DNA of 64,000 nucleotides from assembly GCA_973895155.1 (NCBI GenBank), contig OZ316898.1, forward strand, positions 21,091,292 through 21,155,291. The letters run 5' to 3'. The position numbers and the translations under genes were made by a program. Origin of the DNA: Marsupella aquatica (Eukaryota; Plantae; Marchantiophyta). Positions 59,175 through 64,000 of this stretch are shown here, piece by piece (the first letter of the stretch is position 1; each line of letters starts with the position of its first letter). Under the pieces are notes generated by a model. The model was not told where the DNA came from and made no database searches. It was given only the letters and a program-made list of their open reading frames with translations.

Positions 59175-60664
59175 GAGGTATATGCTTAATCGACCCCCTC
59201 TGGACTGTTTCTTATTTAATCAACCCCCTATGTTCAGATCTGCCCCAATCGACCCCCTCTGGACTGTTTCTTATTTAATCAACCCCCTATGTTCAGATCT
59301 GCCCCAATCGACCCCCTCTGATAATTTCTTACATATAATTCTTGGGAAGAGTAGTATAGGGAGAGTTTATCACGGTAAACTCTAATTTTCTATTATATGA
59401 GCCCGTGGTCTCGTCCGTGGTATGCTGCAATTATGTCGAGATAAGAGTGGGCCCACAATCCACGCATGATAAGATCGAATGATACCGGACGCAGTCGTGG
59501 ATACTTGTGTTTGAAGACAAAACTAGTATGGTCTTCAAACATTTAGGGGTCTCCATTTGTCTGAGGTTTAGAGGTAATAAAACTGGGCTGCTATCTCCAT
59601 AATGTTCCTATATAGTTGATTTGTTGAGAATCTTTATGAGTGCATTCCACTAGAGACAAATCTATGTTTGGATCTCACTCACAGAAAATGCCCTGCTGGA
59701 TCTGTTTGACACCGATTAATTTGCTAAATCGGCACACTTGCATTCAGAAATTATTTCAAAATGTTTCCAATCTTTATGCCGCAAGACCATTATGACAGCC
59801 AAGAATCCAAAACACCTGTAAAATTCTCCAAAATCCTCGAAGTGTTTAGGGTTTAGTGTTTGAATTTGAGTTGCCTGTTGCTTCCATTACGAGCAATTGA
59901 ACTAAGACACTCTGCATTATGTACTCTCAACAAAGTGTATTGTATTCACTAGAATAAACATATCAACAACAATTGATGACAACATCAAATTCTTACAAAC
60001 TTTCTTATAGGCTTTCCCATCAGTTAATATCCTAAACCCACGTGCAATTGAGTCTTGCTTTTGGGCACGCTCTATCTTGTAGTGATAAAATGTCACATTA
60101 AAAAATGTCCACTTCAAATAGATCCCCTCTATGCCAGAGATGCACAATGACATCAAAATCTCCAACATTGATAGTTCTAAGTGTACCTCACACGACTACA
60201 ATGTCATCTAGATTGCATGCAAACTCTAACAAAAAAGAGACTGAGCTTCCCAATAACCCTCAATGCAATAGATTCCCCCAAACCTCATGACCAACAGAAG
60301 TCATCATGACAGAATTTGAAACAATGAACATTTGGACCAAGTTATATGAGGCTAATTCAATAATGCAACACCTGAAGACATAACATGTATTGTCTTCACA
60401 TCATTTCTGAAATCCTTGATCGTCACCGTCAAGGCACGACCGACCCTAAATGAAGCATTTGATGGTTTGGCCAAGTCGCTTGCACCCACGGACAGGTTCA
60501 GGTAGACTGCAATTGCAATACACGGCATGTCATGAACCATAAACATATCAAAGGGGGTCGATTGGGGCAGGTTCGAACATAGGGGGTCGATTGGGGCAGA
60601 TTTGAACATAGGGGGTTGATTAAGCAGGAAACAGTCCAAAGGGGTTTGATTGAGCATATACCTC
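59175..60664. mobile_element. Non-autonomous Mutator-like (MULE) element, 1490 bp
   Basis: Long TIRs GAGGTATATGCT...AGCATATACCTC with internal subrepeats (CTGCCCCAATCGACCCCCT); 9-bp TSD CAATAATTC at 59166-59174 and 60665-60673. Confidence 0.92.
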
Positions 60665-62330
60665 CAATAATTCTAGTCCTGTAGAGAGAAAATTACGGGA
60701 TTATTGTGTTGTACATTCATCTATTCATATATTTCAGAGTGGGTCTTGAAAGGTTCACAGTAAGTTGTTGTTCTCCCCGACGGTAGGTGTACAATCACCG
60801 AATCACGCATCTACTATTCCACTGGTTATGGTGGGTCCGTGGGTGCCGACTAGCGCAGTACGTCGTTAATGAACCCTATGCAGTACAGGCGCCAGCCCAT
60901 TGAATCGCGAGGGATCCCAGAGTTGGGGCCGGAGGAGAATATTTGTAAGTGGAGTGATTATTGACCGTTGGCTGAACTCCTGTAGAACTTTAAGTTCAGT
61001 TTTGTGGTGGGGGCCGAAAAAGGACTCTAAACTTCTTCTTTTTGCCTGCGTATACTACTTGAAAAATACAAGGTACCGTCTACAAACACTCGTTAGTTCT
61101 TGTTAGGCATAGAACTACACAGTATACTATCATCAATGGCTCCCTCTATCTTTATTCTCTCCAACTTACTTTCAATGTGTTTGTTTTTTCCTTCTTTCTT
61201 CTTTCTCTTTTGTTCTTTTCTTTTTTTCCCATGGGTGAAATGGGTCACCTGTGACACTGTTTCCAAGGGGCTTGACTCTTTTTAAGGGACCTTTTTTGTG
61301 TGGGAGCGTTCCATGTCTTTGATTTATCGGTTTTTTTAATTTAATTCTTTTTTTATTTCTTTTTCCTTTGGGTGAAATGGGTCACCTGGAAGAGGGACGA
61401 CTCTTTTGAAGGGGCTAAAAAAGAGGGAGGAATACAAAAGTAGTGGAAGAATAATTGTTAATAAATTAAACCAGTATGTAGGTCTAGTTTAGGGTAACAT
61501 TATTGAGGGTAACATTATTGAGCTTTAAATTGCCAATCACTTTTTTGTCAATTTGGACTCTTCCAAAAAGGAAAGTTGGAACGGACCCCATTAGAGGTCC
61601 CTTCCAAAATTCCTGGCACCAGAGTGTGCCACGTCAACAACAATTACAACAAACAAGACTTGTCCGTTTTGTGAATCAAATTTGCAGTTTTCATTCATGT
61701 TTGCATCAACTTGGCTGTGAATTTTGGGGTTTGGGGTTTAGGGTTTAGAAATTTTAGAGTAAAAAAGGGATGTAAAAATTATAAATGCAAAGAGCAAGAC
61801 GGGTAAAACTGTCACTATGTAACCATTTTAGTTACATATCCAATTTTAAAAATTAAATCATGTAATAAACAATGAGTAATAACTAACTTGATAACTTCCT
61901 TGTTAAAGGGTAATTAGCACATGGAGTAAGATTTTCAACCTTTTGCAATTTAGGCAAACTATGGTCGGAACTTGAACTCGGTGAATTGATACAATTCATT
62001 TGATCAGACAAAGAAACTGGTTTCAAATGTATTTGCCGAGGATTGACTATTAACTCTCTTAGCTTGAGAATTTGGTTGGTTGCATGTAGCAAAAAAGACT
62101 GATTTTGACATCTGCTTGTGATAACCATGTTGTCGACTTTGGCCTGGAAAGCAAAGCATTCCTGTGACAGTTGAAAAAATGTCAAACTGCTCAGGGCATG
62201 GCTGAATGGGTCCACAATGATTTCTTGAGAAAATCTAATCTAAACAATGCAAGCTGTGAAAATCTATCAATCATATTTGTCGAACACAACATGACTACCA
62301 GCATCCCTTCCTAATCTTCCTAATCAGACT

Positions 62331-62334
<4 letters not shown>

Positions 62335-62398
<64 letters not shown>
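62335..62398. repeat. (CT)n microsatellite
   Basis: About 32 uninterrupted TC units. Confidence 0.98.
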
Positions 62399-62402
<4 letters not shown>

Positions 62403-64000
62403 GAAAGCTTAAGCGCTGCCCTTCTCCATTTGGTGAATAGTTGCGTCAAGGTCATGAGGCTATTAACCTCTAATTCAAAACTTGCCAAAGTCAGACTTCA
62501 GTGACATCTCTAGAATTTCCAGTTATTTGAAAGTACATTGACAAATCTACAAAGAGGACTCAGCTACTAGAAAGCTTAGGGTTCCTTGTTGAGAAAAGCA
62601 GATTTCTCAATTGTGTCTTCTCAACTCAAATTGAGTGCCCAGGGCAATTTATTGGTTGAATATAGTGCCATCCAATGCCAAAATCAACTAACATAAACAA
62701 AACTGTGCCTTGGGTTCATGAATTAATGTTCTAAACTTAGTTAAAATATCTCTTAAGTGTTTTAATGTAATAATAGTTAAAATATCTCATAGAGCTGAAG
62801 TGTTTTAATGTCTTCTAGCTAGCAGAACATTATGGACCATATTAGCCTCTCAAAACCCAAGCTAAAGGCCCTTATTTTCCTGGTCATTATGAAGAACATT
62901 ATAAAATCAGATTTGTATGCATGAGGTAATTTCTCCTATACTTTCATTAAGATTTGTAAAACTATCTCATCGTAATAATCTTTGATACCATAACATTTTG
63001 GACCATAATAGGCTCTCGCAACTTGAGTTAAAGCTAGCATTACATAGATTATTTTTACTCAAACAAGCCCTAAAAAATGTAGCCAGGGAGTCCACAAACT
63101 AATTTCATGTGGTAAGGGATGATGGGGGAGGGAGAATGAGGATGTAGGTTTCCCTTACAAGTGCCCCATCCATAACAACATTGTTGAGAGTAGCAAGGGT
63201 TAACAACTTGTTGATACTTAACTGAAGACAAGCAAGTGGTTAAATAGGTTAAGCCCTCCAAACACAACGTACTTTACCATGAATTAGTGCTGCTGAGGTT
63301 AGAATAGTGGAGAGGGCCTATATACCTTGGAGGAACACTTCATTGTGCTGACACTAGATATCAATGTCAAGCGTTGGAGAGTGGAGTGAGAGAAGAGTAT
63401 AGTGTCATCGACCCAGCATGTGATTTGCCAAGCTATGGCCAATGTATGGTGTTCATAATTATGTATAGTCAATTTTCCCTAGCATTTTGGTCAAGGACGC
63501 ACCCTGAACTGGGTGAACCAAACATCTTTCAAGTCAAGATAGATTGTGCGTTGTACCCTGGTTCCTCAACACATGTATCTCAACACAACTAGCAATAAGA
63601 AAGTCCATTCGTATGCAAAACGACATTCATTTCACAACCCTTCACATATCATGGAAAGAGTTATTAGGGTTAGGTTTTTTTTCTAGTTCTTCCATGCCAC
63701 ATTGATTTGAATCAGGCAAATGTTGGCTATCTTTGCCTATTTTTTTAATCTTGACCCCATGCTCCATTGGTACTAAGATTTTGCCACAGTATATGGTCAC
63801 CATGTTTATTCTATGAGCTCTAAGACTTTCAAATTTCAACTTTTGAATAAAGTACGAATGAAAGTAAAAAATGGTTGACCGTGCTCTAAGTTTTGAATTC
63901 AAAAGTTATCATCCCCTTTTCTCATCCATAGAGCTTCGAAGGCCGTGTCTTCCCATCCATGTGCCTCCCACTTTCTCCTTGATCATCGCCCCTTTTTTTT

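Overview
Repeat-dense nuclear DNA from a green plant (TTTAGGG telomere repeats, GT-AG introns, plant-type transposons; no intact host housekeeping gene recognised). Main content: (1) a complete Ty3/Gypsy non-chromovirus (Athila-like RT/INT) retrotransposon, family B, 36259-53185, with CGCGC TSD, tRNA-Asn PBS and gag-pol. Its ~4-kb LTR itself encodes a ~880-aa accessory protein. (2) Four copies of a related ~4.7-kb TG...CA unit, family A. Two are complete with 5-bp TSDs (solo-LTR-like) and each carries an intact 1084-1210-codon ORF of the same architecture: unnamed N-terminal domain X, PMD-like plant-transposon domain, coiled coil. (3) Three more diverged members of this protein family. One is spliced to a telobox (TRF/TRB-type) Myb telomere-binding domain (56333-58544), which the ORF track shows only in part. 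(4) A large CACTA/EnSpm element starting directly at a 66-bp telomeric tract, with PHD-finger, tandem-BRCT and F-box-like ORFs ahead of its transposase. (5) A 1.5-kb non-autonomous Mutator-like element with a 9-bp TSD, small tandem repeats, and many short TTTAGGG tracts. All domain names are by-eye motif recognition, not database results.
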